This document shows positions 38,784 to 48,331 of a stretch of 64,000 nucleotides of DNA, in pieces. Location of the stretch: the NCBI GenBank assembly GCA_041690135.1, contig JAWLHY010000003.1, positions 160,001 to 224,000 on the forward strand, read 5' to 3'. The first letter of the stretch is position 1. Each line of letters begins with the position of its first letter. Position numbers and translations under genes: made by a program. The stretch comes from Armatimonadota bacterium (GTDB lineage: Bacteria; Armatimonadota; SYMT01). The notes under the pieces are model-generated. The model saw only the letters and a program-made list of their open reading frames with translations. It did no database searches and was not told the origin of the DNA.

Positions 38784-40133
38784 CTAACCTTTGGGGAACG
38801 TCATCGGGGTATCCGGGAGCGGCTCACCCGCCAGCTTTACCAGCGCGGTTGCCCGGACCAACCGGTTCCCGTCCTCACTCAGCAGGAGCACCAACGTCCG
38901 GGGAGCCTCTGGATGCAGCAAGACCCCCAGGCGGTCCGACCACTCGAGGGAGGCTGCCGCGCGCTCCAGAACCTGCAGCGGGGTGCCGGCGCGGGAAAGC
39001 GCCCAGTACCGGCAGAGCGGCTCCGGAGCACGGGCTGCCTCTTCCAGGACCCTCCTTTGGAGAGTAGCTTGCTCCTCTTCCGTCCGGTCCTGGCGCCGAA
39101 AGAGCGCCACCTGGACCACCGGGTCCGTGTCCCGCAGCAGTTCCCGGCGCATCCACGCCGGCAATTCCGGATGCGCGGCGGCCGCCCGCCGCACCTCACG
39201 GGAAGGAAATCCGGAGTTCCGTTGCCGCGCCAGCTGGCGCCAGATCTGCTCCAGGAGTTCCGCCGTGGCATGGGGGTGCTTCGCCAGCCTTTCCACCAGC
39301 GGCAAGTCACCTACCCCACGCCGTTCGGAAAGGCGCAGCAGGACCTGGGCTTCCGAGGTGGGGTTCTTCGCCAGGCGCTCCCACACCGTCCTGGAGGGAT
39401 CTTCCACCAGGCGCATCCGGATCTCATGGGGAGTAGAAGGATTACTCGCCACGGCTTCCCGCACCGCACTGCGGGTGTCCGCAGCCAGGATGAAGAGTTC
39501 TTCCGGTGATGCCGCCGGATCGCGCGCGCGCTTGACCCTGAGGTTCGGCGGCATACCTTCGACCGGTGAGAGTACTCCTGGCTTTGTGGATGCTGCGTTG
39601 GCACCGGATCGCAGCCGCCTCGCACCCGGTTTCCGGGCCGGGTGAGTGACCGGACCGGACGGTGCGGCACCGATCTCCTCCAGCGCCAACCAGTGGTCAC
39701 TTCGGACGAGCGGCTGCCTCCCCAGCTCTTCCCGCAGTTCCGCTCGCCAGTCGCCGTCCTGCTTCGCGAGAGATACGTGCAGCCGGGCCGCGGTGGCGAC
39801 CTCCGGAGCCGGGTGTTCCAGGAGGATGCGTGCCCAAACGGCCGGCGCGTCCGCCCGGCAAAGGATCTGTTGCAGGGCGAAGGCCGGCGAACGATGGAAG
39901 CACTCCGGCTGTTCCATGAACAGGAGCGGGACCACTGGGTTCAGCATCACCCGGTACGGATGCCACGGCAGCAGCCACTGGAGAACCTCCAGGGGAGTAT
40001 TGGGGTTCCCGGCAATGCTGTTCAACTGGGCGCTGCGCGGGCCCTGGAGGTTGTAATAGGCGCAGGCGGCGGCAAGCAAGAGATGCGGAGGGAATTCCGG
40101 GTTCTCGTAGATCGCGCTATCGCAGCCACTCAT
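38784..40133 (-). CDS. LRV/HEAT-like repeat protein, paralog 4
   Basis: IAGNPNTPLEVL, LNPVVPLLFMEQP, DGNRLVRATA; start overlaps the end of the DHDPS-family gene. Confidence 0.8.
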   Translation of the reverse strand: MSGCDSAIYENPEFPPHLLLAAACAYYNLQGPRSAQLNSIAGNPNTPLEVLQWLLPWHPYRVMLNPVVPLLFMEQPECFHRSPAFALQQILCRADAPAVWARILLEHPAPEVATAARLHVSLAKQDGDWRAELREELGRQPLVRSDHWLALEEIGAAPSGPVTHPARKPGARRLRSGANAASTKPGVLSPVEGMPPNLRVKRARDPAASPEELFILAADTRSAVREAVASNPSTPHEIRMRLVEDPSRTVWERLAKNPTSEAQVLLRLSERRGVGDLPLVERLAKHPHATAELLEQIWRQLARQRNSGFPSREVRRAAAAHPELPAWMRRELLRDTDPVVQVALFRRQDRTEEEQATLQRRVLEEAARAPEPLCRYWALSRAGTPLQVLERAAASLEWSDRLGVLLHPEAPRTLVLLLSEDGNRLVRATALVKLAGEPLPDTPMTFPKG

Positions 40134-41193
40134 CGCGGTGCTCCCGGACGAAGGCATCGTCGTTCTGGTCCGGATAGGCGCGGTAGACGCGATCGATCTC
40201 CTCCGCCTGGCCGGGGGAGAGGCCTTCGCGCTCGTCCAGGCACCAGGTGCCCGCAAGCAAGCCCTGCCGCCGCAGCACCTCGTGCAGGCCGGCGATGCAG
40301 CCATGGAACCCATGCGCCGCATCGAAGAAGGCGGCGTTGGCATCGGTGACCTGCACCGCGCGGCTCAGCCAGGCGGCATCGATCCGCGGCTCCGCGCGGG
40401 CGGCCTTCACTTCTTCCAGGAGTTGAACCGCCTTCCGGGCCCACACCGCCCAGTGGCCCAGCAGTCCCCCGGCGATCCGCAGGCGGACGCTCTGACCCTC
40501 CACCGGAAGCTCCCAGGTGGTGAGGAGATCCAGCACGATGTTGTCGTCGTTGCCGGTGTAGAGGGCGATGTCGTCGCGCCCGGACTCGGCCACGGCGCGG
40601 ACCACGTCCAGCGTCTGGTAACGGTTGAACGGCGCCATCTTGATCGCCACGACGTTGGGAATCTCCACGAAGCGGCGCCAGAACTCGTACCGGAAGACCC
40701 GTCCGCCGACCGCCGGCTGCAAATAGAACCCGAACACCGGGATCGTGTCCGCCACCGTCCGGCAGTGCTGGAGGACGGCTTCGTCCGGCTGCTCCTTCCA
40801 GGCGGAGAGGCTGAGCAGCCCGGCGTGATAGCCATACCGGCGCGCCGTTTCCGCTTCGCGGAACGCCTGCGCGGTATCGCCGCAGAGGCCCGCGATCTTC
40901 GCTACCGGCGCGCCGCCGTCGGGGCGTTCCGCGTCCACCGTTACGGAGGCCAGCTCCAGCACCGGCGCGTACAGACCGCGCTCGCGAATGGTGAACTGCG
41001 TGGTGTGCACCCCCACCGCTACCCCGCCCACGCCGGCCGCGAAGTAGTACCGGGTGAGGGCACGCTGCCGCCGCTCATCCAATTCCCGCTCGGCCGTCAG
41101 CGCCAGGGGATGAGCGGGAATCACCTGCCCCGCCAGAAGGTGAGCCCGCAAAGCTGCCGGATCGAAGAGAGACACTGACTTGGGGCCTGTCAT
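40117..41193 (-). CDS. Dihydrodipicolinate synthase family aldolase/dehydratase
   Basis: VIPAHPLAL, GVHTTQF, FYLQPAVGG, AIKMAPFNRY, LYTGNDD. Confidence 0.9.
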   Translation of the reverse strand: MTGPKSVSLFDPAALRAHLLAGQVIPAHPLALTAERELDERRQRALTRYYFAAGVGGVAVGVHTTQFTIRERGLYAPVLELASVTVDAERPDGGAPVAKIAGLCGDTAQAFREAETARRYGYHAGLLSLSAWKEQPDEAVLQHCRTVADTIPVFGFYLQPAVGGRVFRYEFWRRFVEIPNVVAIKMAPFNRYQTLDVVRAVAESGRDDIALYTGNDDNIVLDLLTTWELPVEGQSVRLRIAGGLLGHWAVWARKAVQLLEEVKAARAEPRIDAAWLSRAVQVTDANAAFFDAAHGFHGCIAGLHEVLRRQGLLAGTWCLDEREGLSPGQAEEIDRVYRAYPDQNDDAFVREHRDEWLR

Positions 41194-41292
41194 GAAAAGG
41201 CTTTCCCTGGTCCTGGCCCGTACGGGCATCGCAGTTTGCAGGTGCAAGTTACGGAGATTGACAAGTAAGTCGCACCTCTGCACTGGGTATGG

Positions 41293-41353
41293 CCGGTTTC
41301 AAGTCCGCGAAGGCGGACTTCGGTCAGTCAGCCACGGATTTGAATCCGTGGGG
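41293..41353. repeat. Double-hairpin intergenic repeat
   Basis: AAGTCCGC-GAAG-GCGGACTT followed by CCACGGATT-TG-AATCCGTGG. Confidence 0.7.
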
Positions 41354-41354
41354 C

Positions 41355-42404
41355 TCAATACTTTCCGTCGCGGGTTTCGTAATGCGTCGGCTTCCCCAGC
41401 AGCCGCCCGCCGCGCGAGAGCCAGCCGGCGACCCAGCCGATCAGGATATCCAACGGTACGGTGGGGTAGCCGAACAGGGCGTGAGCGCGGCCGGCATTGG
41501 AAAGGAGGGCCGTCTCCGCTTCCGTCCCCACGATCCGCGGCTCCCGTCCGAACAACTCTCCAAAGCGCTGTGCGAGCACCCGGACCGAGACGGTCTCCGG
41601 CCCGGTGACGTTCAACGCCAGCGGCGGCGCGGAGGCGTGCGCCAGGCACTGCAGCGCCTGGGCGCCGGCATCCCCCTGCCAGATCACATTGACGTAGCCC
41701 ATCGTCACGTCCACCGGTTCGCCGGCCAGGACCTTCTGCGCCACGTCCACCAGCACCCCGTAGCGCAGGTCGATGGCGTAGTTGAGGCGGAAAAGGACCA
41801 TCGGCGTGCCCTGGGCCCGCGAGAAATAGGTCAGGATCCGCTCCCGGCCGACGCACGAGTTGGCGTAATCGCCCAGCGGTCCCAGTGGGTCTTCCTCCCG
41901 CGATCCCCCGGAGGCCACCGGCACGTTCGGATAGACGCACCCGGTGGAGAAGGCGACGATCCGCGACCCCGCAAACCGCTCGGCGACCAAGGCAGGCACG
42001 TAGGTGTTCATGTGCCAAGTGGCGTCTGGCGCGTCCGTGGTCCCGAACTTTTGCCCGGCCATAAAGACCACGTTGGGGACCTCGGGAAGGCCCGCCACCT
42101 CACCGCGGTCCGTCAGGTCAGCGCGGACCGGCGCTACGCCCACCGCTTCCAGCCCCGCCCGTACCGCCGGGTCCGAAAACCGCGCGACCGCGATGACTCT
42201 CTGGTCCCGGCGGCCCACTTCGTCCAGCGCCCGCCGGGCCATCCGCGCCAGGGTCGGCCCCATCTTCCCGCCCGCCCCCAGGATCAGCAGGTCGCCCTCC
42301 AGCTCCGCAAACGTGGCCAGGAGGCCGGACGTCGGTCGTGAGAGGAGCTCTTCCAGGGCCGCTTCATCGGCCGGTGCTTCGATGGGGAGAAAGGGGGAAG
42401 GCAT
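41355..42404 (-). CDS. NAD-dependent epimerase/dehydratase family protein
   Basis: ILGAGGKMG Rossmann motif, FSTGCVY, YANSCVGRE, RLNYAIDLRYGVL. Confidence 0.9.
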   Translation of the reverse strand: MPSPFLPIEAPADEAALEELLSRPTSGLLATFAELEGDLLILGAGGKMGPTLARMARRALDEVGRRDQRVIAVARFSDPAVRAGLEAVGVAPVRADLTDRGEVAGLPEVPNVVFMAGQKFGTTDAPDATWHMNTYVPALVAERFAGSRIVAFSTGCVYPNVPVASGGSREEDPLGPLGDYANSCVGRERILTYFSRAQGTPMVLFRLNYAIDLRYGVLVDVAQKVLAGEPVDVTMGYVNVIWQGDAGAQALQCLAHASAPPLALNVTGPETVSVRVLAQRFGELFGREPRIVGTEAETALLSNAGRAHALFGYPTVPLDILIGWVAGWLSRGGRLLGKPTHYETRDGKY

Positions 42405-42868
42405 GGATCGATTGTACCACACCGGATGGGAGATCTCACCACGGAGACACAGAGACACGGAGAGCACACGGAGAGAGTCAATCGTGATGGAGAGCTCTTG
42501 CAACCAACCGGGCAACAGGCACGCGGTAGCGGGCGATGTCATCTTGATTCGTCACCTACGTCCTCCTGACGCAAGCCCGCCCGCATGGGTGAAGGCTCTC
42601 CTTACGACCCTGCCCCCGCTTCCCGTCTCGCCAACCCTGCCTCCGTCCAGGGCCTTTGTGTAGAGTCGCCGATTGCATCGGCACCTTGCGACCCTGCTCC
42701 CGCTTCCCGGCCCGCCAACCCCGCCCCCGGCTCCGGGCACGATCCCGGAATACAATCCTGGACCTATGGCTGAAGGTACGACCGTCGCGAACTCCGTGGT
42801 GAACGGCGGCGACAGCGGTACAATTGGGGTAGCGGACCGCCACGAGCAGTGAGGACGGAGGGAATCGG

Positions 42869-43116
42869 ATGACACAAACAGCGGAGCCGGTCATCAGCCC
42901 CGCGCCACAGTCGCGCGAGCCACTATTCCGGGAGATTACTCTCCGGAACTTCCTCTCCTTCGGCCCGGATACCGACTAGCAAACCAAGATGCGTCGCCTG
43001 GACGAGGATGAACTCTCCCACTGGCTGAAGAAATACCGGCTGGGTGAGCTCTGGACCAGTGGCGAACTGGGCGGCAAGCGCTGGTGAAGGTGACGAACTT
43101 TTTCGAGGGTAGTTGA
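42869..43116 (+). pseudogene. Remnant of an AAA_21/ABC-type ATPase plus DUF4276-like partner, with internal deletion
   Basis: MTQT..REITLRNFLSFGPDTD*QTKMRRLD..WLKKYRLGELWTSGELGGKRW*, then a GTGA-coupled VKVTNFFEGS*. Confidence 0.65.
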
Positions 43117-44417
43117 TGTCTTTTGAGATCGAATCGCCGGAGCGCCGGCGGGTGTTACTGGCCGGCCTAGGCCTGGCGGGGCTCGCGATAACAGGAGCCG
43201 TACCCGGCCGGAGCGCGGAAACAAGCAGCACAGGCTGGCAGCCGGACCCGAAGCTGCAGGCGGACCTGGAGCGGCGAAAGGTATCGTGGCTGTACCGGGA
43301 AGAAGGGGTGCCGAGCTACACCCTGCCGGACCCGCTGCTCTGCGCCGACGGCGCCCGCGTGAAGAACCGGCGGGAGTGGGAGCGGAAACGCCGCCCGGAG
43401 ACGCTGGAGCTGTTCCGGGAGCACGTCTACGGGCGGTCCCCCGGCAAGCCCGCCGACGTGCGGTTCGAAGTGCTGGAAACGGATCCCCAGGCGCTGGAAG
43501 GGAAAGCGACCCGGAAGCGAGTGAAGATCACTACCACGGATGCCGGGAAGGCGTTCGCGTTCGAGACGTCGCTCCTCGTTCCCAATATCCGCAAGGGACG
43601 GGTGCCGGCGTTCATCCTGATCAACAACCGCGGGGTGAGCAGCGCCGATCCCACCCGCCAGCAGAAGGACGGCTTCTGGCCCGCCGAGGAGATCATCGCC
43701 CGCGGCTATGCAACCGCCGTGTTCCGAACCAACGACGTCGATCCGGACAGCAAGGATGAGACGCTCCGACCGAAAGGAGTCCGTGGGGTATGGCCCGCAG
43801 GCAGCGGCACGCCGGGCGAGGACGCCTGGGCGACGCTGGGCGCGTGGGCCTGGGCCGCAAGCCGCGTGCTGGACTACCTCCTGACGGAGCCCGCCATCAA
43901 CGGCAAGCGGGTCGCGGTGATCGGACACTCGCGCGGCGGCAAGACCGCGCTCTGGGCGGGGGCGCAAGACGAACGGTTCGCCCTGGTGATCTCCAACGAC
44001 TCCGGCTGCGGCGGCGCTGCTCTCAGCCGACGCAAGTTCGGGGAGACGGTGGCGGTCATCAACCGCAGCTTCCCCTACTGGTTCAACGGCAACTTCAAGA
44101 AGTACAACAGCCGGGAAGCGGAGCTCCCTATCGACCAGCACCAGTTGATGGCCCTGATCGCCCCCCGGGCCCTCTACGTCGCCAGTGCCGACGCCGACCT
44201 CTGGGCCGATCCGCGCGGCGAGTTCCTGTCGCTGGCACACGCCTCTCCCGTCTTCGGCCTCTACAGAAACCCACCGGTGAAGCCGGACGAAATGCCACCG
44301 CTCGACGCCCCGCTGGTCCGCGGCCGGGTCGGGTACCACGTCCGCAGGGGCATCCACAACCTCACGCCCTACGACTGGGAGCAGTACATGAACTTCGCCG
44401 ACCGTCTCTGGCGGTAG
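43116..44417 (+). CDS. CE15 glucuronoyl esterase-like/acetylxylan esterase, secreted
   Basis: RRR signal, LPDPL, AWAWAASRVLDYL, GHSRGGKTALWAGA, DQHQLMALIAPR, WADPRGE. Confidence 0.9.
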   Translation: MSFEIESPERRRVLLAGLGLAGLAITGAVPGRSAETSSTGWQPDPKLQADLERRKVSWLYREEGVPSYTLPDPLLCADGARVKNRREWERKRRPETLELFREHVYGRSPGKPADVRFEVLETDPQALEGKATRKRVKITTTDAGKAFAFETSLLVPNIRKGRVPAFILINNRGVSSADPTRQQKDGFWPAEEIIARGYATAVFRTNDVDPDSKDETLRPKGVRGVWPAGSGTPGEDAWATLGAWAWAASRVLDYLLTEPAINGKRVAVIGHSRGGKTALWAGAQDERFALVISNDSGCGGAALSRRKFGETVAVINRSFPYWFNGNFKKYNSREAELPIDQHQLMALIAPRALYVASADADLWADPRGEFLSLAHASPVFGLYRNPPVKPDEMPPLDAPLVRGRVGYHVRRGIHNLTPYDWEQYMNFADRLWR

Positions 44418-44440
44418 GTGTATGTTCCACGGATACCCGG

Positions 44441-45055
44441 TTATGGGATGCGCCTGGCGAGCGTGGAACCCGGGTCGTAGATCTCGATGAAGCTGTTGGG
44501 GGCGAGCAGGTCGCAGAAGAAGACGAAGCAATAACCGCCACCCGGCACGGCTGACTGGTAGCGAATTCCCTGTGCGGTAGCCGAGTCACAGACGGCCTGT
44601 CCCAACGATTGCGTCGGAGACAGGTTCCCAGCCGCCTGGAAGAGGCGGTACGGGCTGGCAAGCTCTGCCCGATTAGTCCCGAGGTTCGCCTGGACCGTCG
44701 GGTCGGACACGTCCAGGACTCGTTCAGCTTCCACTCTTGCCGTAAAGAGGACCGTTGCCGGTGGTCCAGGTACGGCCGCGGGATTGATCTGCTGAACCGC
44801 CAGATAGGCCTGATTCGCTTCCAGGTCGGCGGTCTGGCGGTCCTCTGCAAAGTAGATGGACGGCATCCCCCCGAGCGGGGTAAACCGGGCGCCCTTCCTG
44901 GGAGCTCCCTCGCAGAACAGGGGGTTCGGCGCGTAGACAACGGGGCTTCCTACCCCGTGGAGTGCCGCGTAATTGATGGCGCGATACAACGTGCCACGAA
45001 ACGGCTGGACGGGGAGACGGGGCAAGACCTTAAGGAGTTCCGGATAGGCTAGCAT
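44441..45055 (-). CDS. RES domain toxin (NAD+-consuming family)
   Basis: LYRA, GARF, YFAED..TA..E, TQ.LG, GIRYQSA, i.e. conserved R, E and S. Confidence 0.88.
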   Translation of the reverse strand: MLAYPELLKVLPRLPVQPFRGTLYRAINYAALHGVGSPVVYAPNPLFCEGAPRKGARFTPLGGMPSIYFAEDRQTADLEANQAYLAVQQINPAAVPGPPATVLFTARVEAERVLDVSDPTVQANLGTNRAELASPYRLFQAAGNLSPTQSLGQAVCDSATAQGIRYQSAVPGGGYCFVFFCDLLAPNSFIEIYDPGSTLARRIP

Positions 45056-45849
45056 CAGGCCGGTTGACCCACGAGCAAGTCTTCCAGCAACTCCGCTACC
45101 ACTTCTCCCTGGCCGGAAGCAAGCAACTCGATTGGGGTCTTGCCGTCCAACTGCGGATTACGGACGTTGAGCCAGATGCGAAGCCCCTCCCGGGTCCCCA
45201 CCAGATGCCGTAATGCCGTGGCAATCCGCTCGAAGAGTGCCAGGCCCTTCTGCAGGCCGGGCGCGTCGGGGGTCTTCGAAACAGTCTGCGGATTCCGGCC
45301 CAGCAACATGGCGATACGACGCACCGGGAGACCAAACAGCTCGCTCACCCTGCGAGCGTCCAGCCGCCCACTCTCTGGATTGTGCAGGTCGAAAGCCACG
45401 TGTTCCAGCGGAGGATTGCCGACCGCTGGAACCGGACCTTGATTCCCAACAGGTTCCCGATGCTCGCGCTGCCGGGCTCCCAGGAGGCGATCTACCCGGT
45501 ACACAAGTTCCTCGAAATCCAGGGGGGATCGGACAAAGTCGGTGGCCGGCTCCTCGATAATCTCTGCCAGGCTTTCGTCCTTCAGGTCAGCTTCGAGGAT
45601 CAACATCGGCAGATCCGGCTGACGAACCTGGACCTCTCGGAGCGCGCGACGCGATTCCCCACTGGCCAGCTTGCTCCAATCCCACAGGACCATATCCACG
45701 GCGCCCAGCGTGCTGGCCCACTCGCGGTTCACCAGTGCCGGGGGCCGTACATATACCGATGTCGAATGCCAACGGCTTTCGAGGCGCCGGATCAGGTCCA
45801 GGTCGTCATCTACCAGGAGAAAGGTAAGCCCCTGTGCTGTTCCAGCCAT
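45055..45849 (-). CDS. Xre/MbcA/ParS-type antitoxin with N-terminal receiver-like domain
   Basis: LLVDDD..DMVLWD..DFVRSP REC fold; HTH; WLNVRNPQLDGKTPIELL antitoxin C-terminus; TGATG coupling to the RES gene. Confidence 0.85.
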   Translation of the reverse strand: MAGTAQGLTFLLVDDDLDLIRRLESRWHSTSVYVRPPALVNREWASTLGAVDMVLWDWSKLASGESRRALREVQVRQPDLPMLILEADLKDESLAEIIEEPATDFVRSPLDFEELVYRVDRLLGARQREHREPVGNQGPVPAVGNPPLEHVAFDLHNPESGRLDARRVSELFGLPVRRIAMLLGRNPQTVSKTPDAPGLQKGLALFERIATALRHLVGTREGLRIWLNVRNPQLDGKTPIELLASGQGEVVAELLEDLLVGQPA

Positions 45850-46150
45850 GTGTCAACCTTTCGCGGAATTCCTCGGTCCCTGGAGAACTGTACACCCGAT
45901 TCTTACCCAATGGCAACTCCATGTCCACTTCGTGTCTCGCATTCCCCGGCCTCCTGCCGGCATTACGTTCAGAAGCGCCTCCGGAGGGGGCCCTATAAGG
46001 ATTCAACCGGTTCTTGAGGGGAAGATCAGATACCATATTCCGGTTCAGGGGTGGAACTCTCGCGGCCCCGGATCACGAATTTCACCCCGGTAGTACCCGC
46101 GGGAAGCCCCTCGGGGAGCGGGAAGGGACGTTGGGAAGGGCAGTACGCGG

Positions 46151-47221
46151 ATGGGTACCCAGACGGTTTACAACGTTAACATTATTTCGGACACGGTCCT
46201 GCCAACCCCCCGGGAGGTGATGAGCGGCCTTCCGCTGACGGAAGCGCTGCAGGACCGTCTGGTGGGGTACCGCATCGCCCTGCAGCGGATTCTCGACCGG
46301 GAGGACCCGCGCCTGTTTGTGGTGGTGGGGCCCTGCTCCATCCACGATCCGGAGTCCGCGCTGGAGTACGCCGGCCGCCTGGCTCGCCTCGCCGAAGAGG
46401 TGAAGGACAGCATGCTGCTGGTGATGCGCGTCTACTTCGAGAAGCCGCGCACCGTGGCCGGGTGGAAGGGCCTCATCAACGATCCCTACCTGGACGACTC
46501 GTTCCGCATCGAGGAAGGTCTGGTCCGCGCCCGCACCCTGCTCCTGCAGCTCGCCGAGCTGGGCCTGCCCGTGGCGACCGAGGCCCTCGACCCGATCACG
46601 CCCCAGTACCACGGCGACCTGATCTCCTGGACCGCCATCGGCGCCCGCACCACGGAGTCGCAGACGCACCGGGAGATGGCGAGCGGCCTTTCCACCCCCG
46701 TCGCATTCAAGAACGGCACCGACGGCAACATCGAGGTGGCGATCAACGCGATCCGCTCTTCATCCACGCCCCACCGTTTCCTCGGCATCAACGTGGACGG
46801 CCAGGTTTCCGTGTTCCACACCCGCGGCAACCGCTACGGGCACGTGATGCTCCGGGGCGGCAAGCAGCCGAACTACGACGCCGAAAGCGTCGCCGCCGTT
46901 GAGGCCCGCCTGAAGGCCGCCGGTCTCCCGGCGAACATTACCGTGGACTGCAGCCACGGCAACTCCTCCAAGGACCACCGCCGTCAGCCCCTCGTTTTTC
47001 GGGATTGCGTGGACCAGATCCTCGCCGGAAACCGCTCGATCGTCGGCCTGATGCTGGAGAGCCACCTCTCCGAAGGCCGCCAGGACATCCCGGCGGACAA
47101 GTCGGAGCTGAAGTACGGAGTCTCCGTCACCGACGCCTGCATCGACTGGGAAACCACCGCGGAGCTGCTCCGCGAAGCGCACCAGAAGCTCGCTCCGGTG
47201 GTCGCCGCCCGACGGAAGTAA
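46151..47221 (+). CDS. aroF: 3-deoxy-7-phosphoheptulonate (DAHP) synthase, class I-alpha
   Basis: VGPCSIHD, RVYFEKPRT, ATEALDP, IGARTTESQTHREMASGLS, DCSHGNS, SVTDACI. Confidence 0.95.
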   Translation: MGTQTVYNVNIISDTVLPTPREVMSGLPLTEALQDRLVGYRIALQRILDREDPRLFVVVGPCSIHDPESALEYAGRLARLAEEVKDSMLLVMRVYFEKPRTVAGWKGLINDPYLDDSFRIEEGLVRARTLLLQLAELGLPVATEALDPITPQYHGDLISWTAIGARTTESQTHREMASGLSTPVAFKNGTDGNIEVAINAIRSSSTPHRFLGINVDGQVSVFHTRGNRYGHVMLRGGKQPNYDAESVAAVEARLKAAGLPANITVDCSHGNSSKDHRRQPLVFRDCVDQILAGNRSIVGLMLESHLSEGRQDIPADKSELKYGVSVTDACIDWETTAELLREAHQKLAPVVAARRK

Positions 47222-48109
47222 AGGCGCGCGCCGGACTCACCCCGAGCTGAACCTCGGGGCTCAAATACGGATCGGCTGCAGTTGCACTGCAGCCGGAACA
47301 CTTCGTGCGCAGGCATACGCCCGTACGGGTTGCACTGCGCCGCTCCCGTCCTGATCTGGCAGTGGCGACCCGGGCGACCAGGGGCGCCTGTTGCACCACA
47401 CATCGCTGCGGTGCAACCCGCCACCCCTTCGGGGTACCCGGCGTACGCTTGCGGGCCAGAGCCATTCGCGGGCAGCCTAACTGCCCACGATCGGATCTAC
47501 CCAGTAGCGCTCCCTTGGGGGAATGATCCAGGCGGGTAATCCAAGCGGGTCGCCCTCGGCATTGGGTGCCGCAGCAGGTTCTGCAAAGCGGGCGAACGGG
47601 GGCGAAGGTCGCGATGCGGAGACCAGGGGGATTGCCCTAGCTTCGCCGGGTAAACTCGCACTCGCTAAGGGACTGCTCAACAATATCCGCTACAGTTGGG
47701 CGAGTGACGACCCACAAGTGGGTGCCCCGGCTACACACGGCGAAGCCGACACCCCCACGGGGCGTAAACCTCCGTCGGCTGGGAACCACGTAGCCGTTAT
47801 TCCTTGACGGGTCCTAAGTGGTGCATCTAGCAAGTGGCGATCAGATTCGCACGTCGCTGAAACACGTCCGGCGGCTTAGGTTGGGACTCGTCCGGCAAGC
47901 CTGCTAAAGCGGCACTTGTAGGGAACGTCTCGCCGCAGCGTTCCGCCGTTGTGGAAGGTGATGCCGTCCTGCCAACTCGTTGCGGTTCGCGCCCAAGACC
48001 GGTCCGGGTTGGCACAACCGCTTCAGCTTCACCGATTGCGGAATGGAGCGGCGTCACATTCCCTACTGTACGGGCGTGTCAGGCCGTTCTGACTTCTGGT
48101 ACTGAGTCC

Positions 48110-48328
48110 TCAGGAACGGCCCGTCTGGAGCGCCCGTGCGGCCTCGTGAACCAGTTCATCGAGGCCAGGGCCGCCGGCTTCCAGGTACTCCAGGAGCTGG
48201 CGGCGCATGCGGGGCTCCCAGAACTTTGCGAAGTGGTCCGCGATGCCGGCGACCGCTTCTTCGTGGGGATAGGCCGCGAAGTACCGGGCGATCGAGTTCG
48301 CCTTGTGGACCATCACCGAAGGCTCCAT
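48110..48328 (-). CDS. fdsD: Formate dehydrogenase subunit delta
   Basis: AN.IA.YF......AVAGIADH..KFWEPRMR; last gene of the fds operon. Confidence 0.9.
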   Translation of the reverse strand: MEPSVMVHKANSIARYFAAYPHEEAVAGIADHFAKFWEPRMRRQLLEYLEAGGPGLDELVHEAARALQTGRS

Positions 48329-48331
48329 CGT

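Noticed and set aside
42766-42852. 28-codon ORF after TACAAT
   Set aside because: No recognisable motif; may just be the leader of the decayed ATPase gene.
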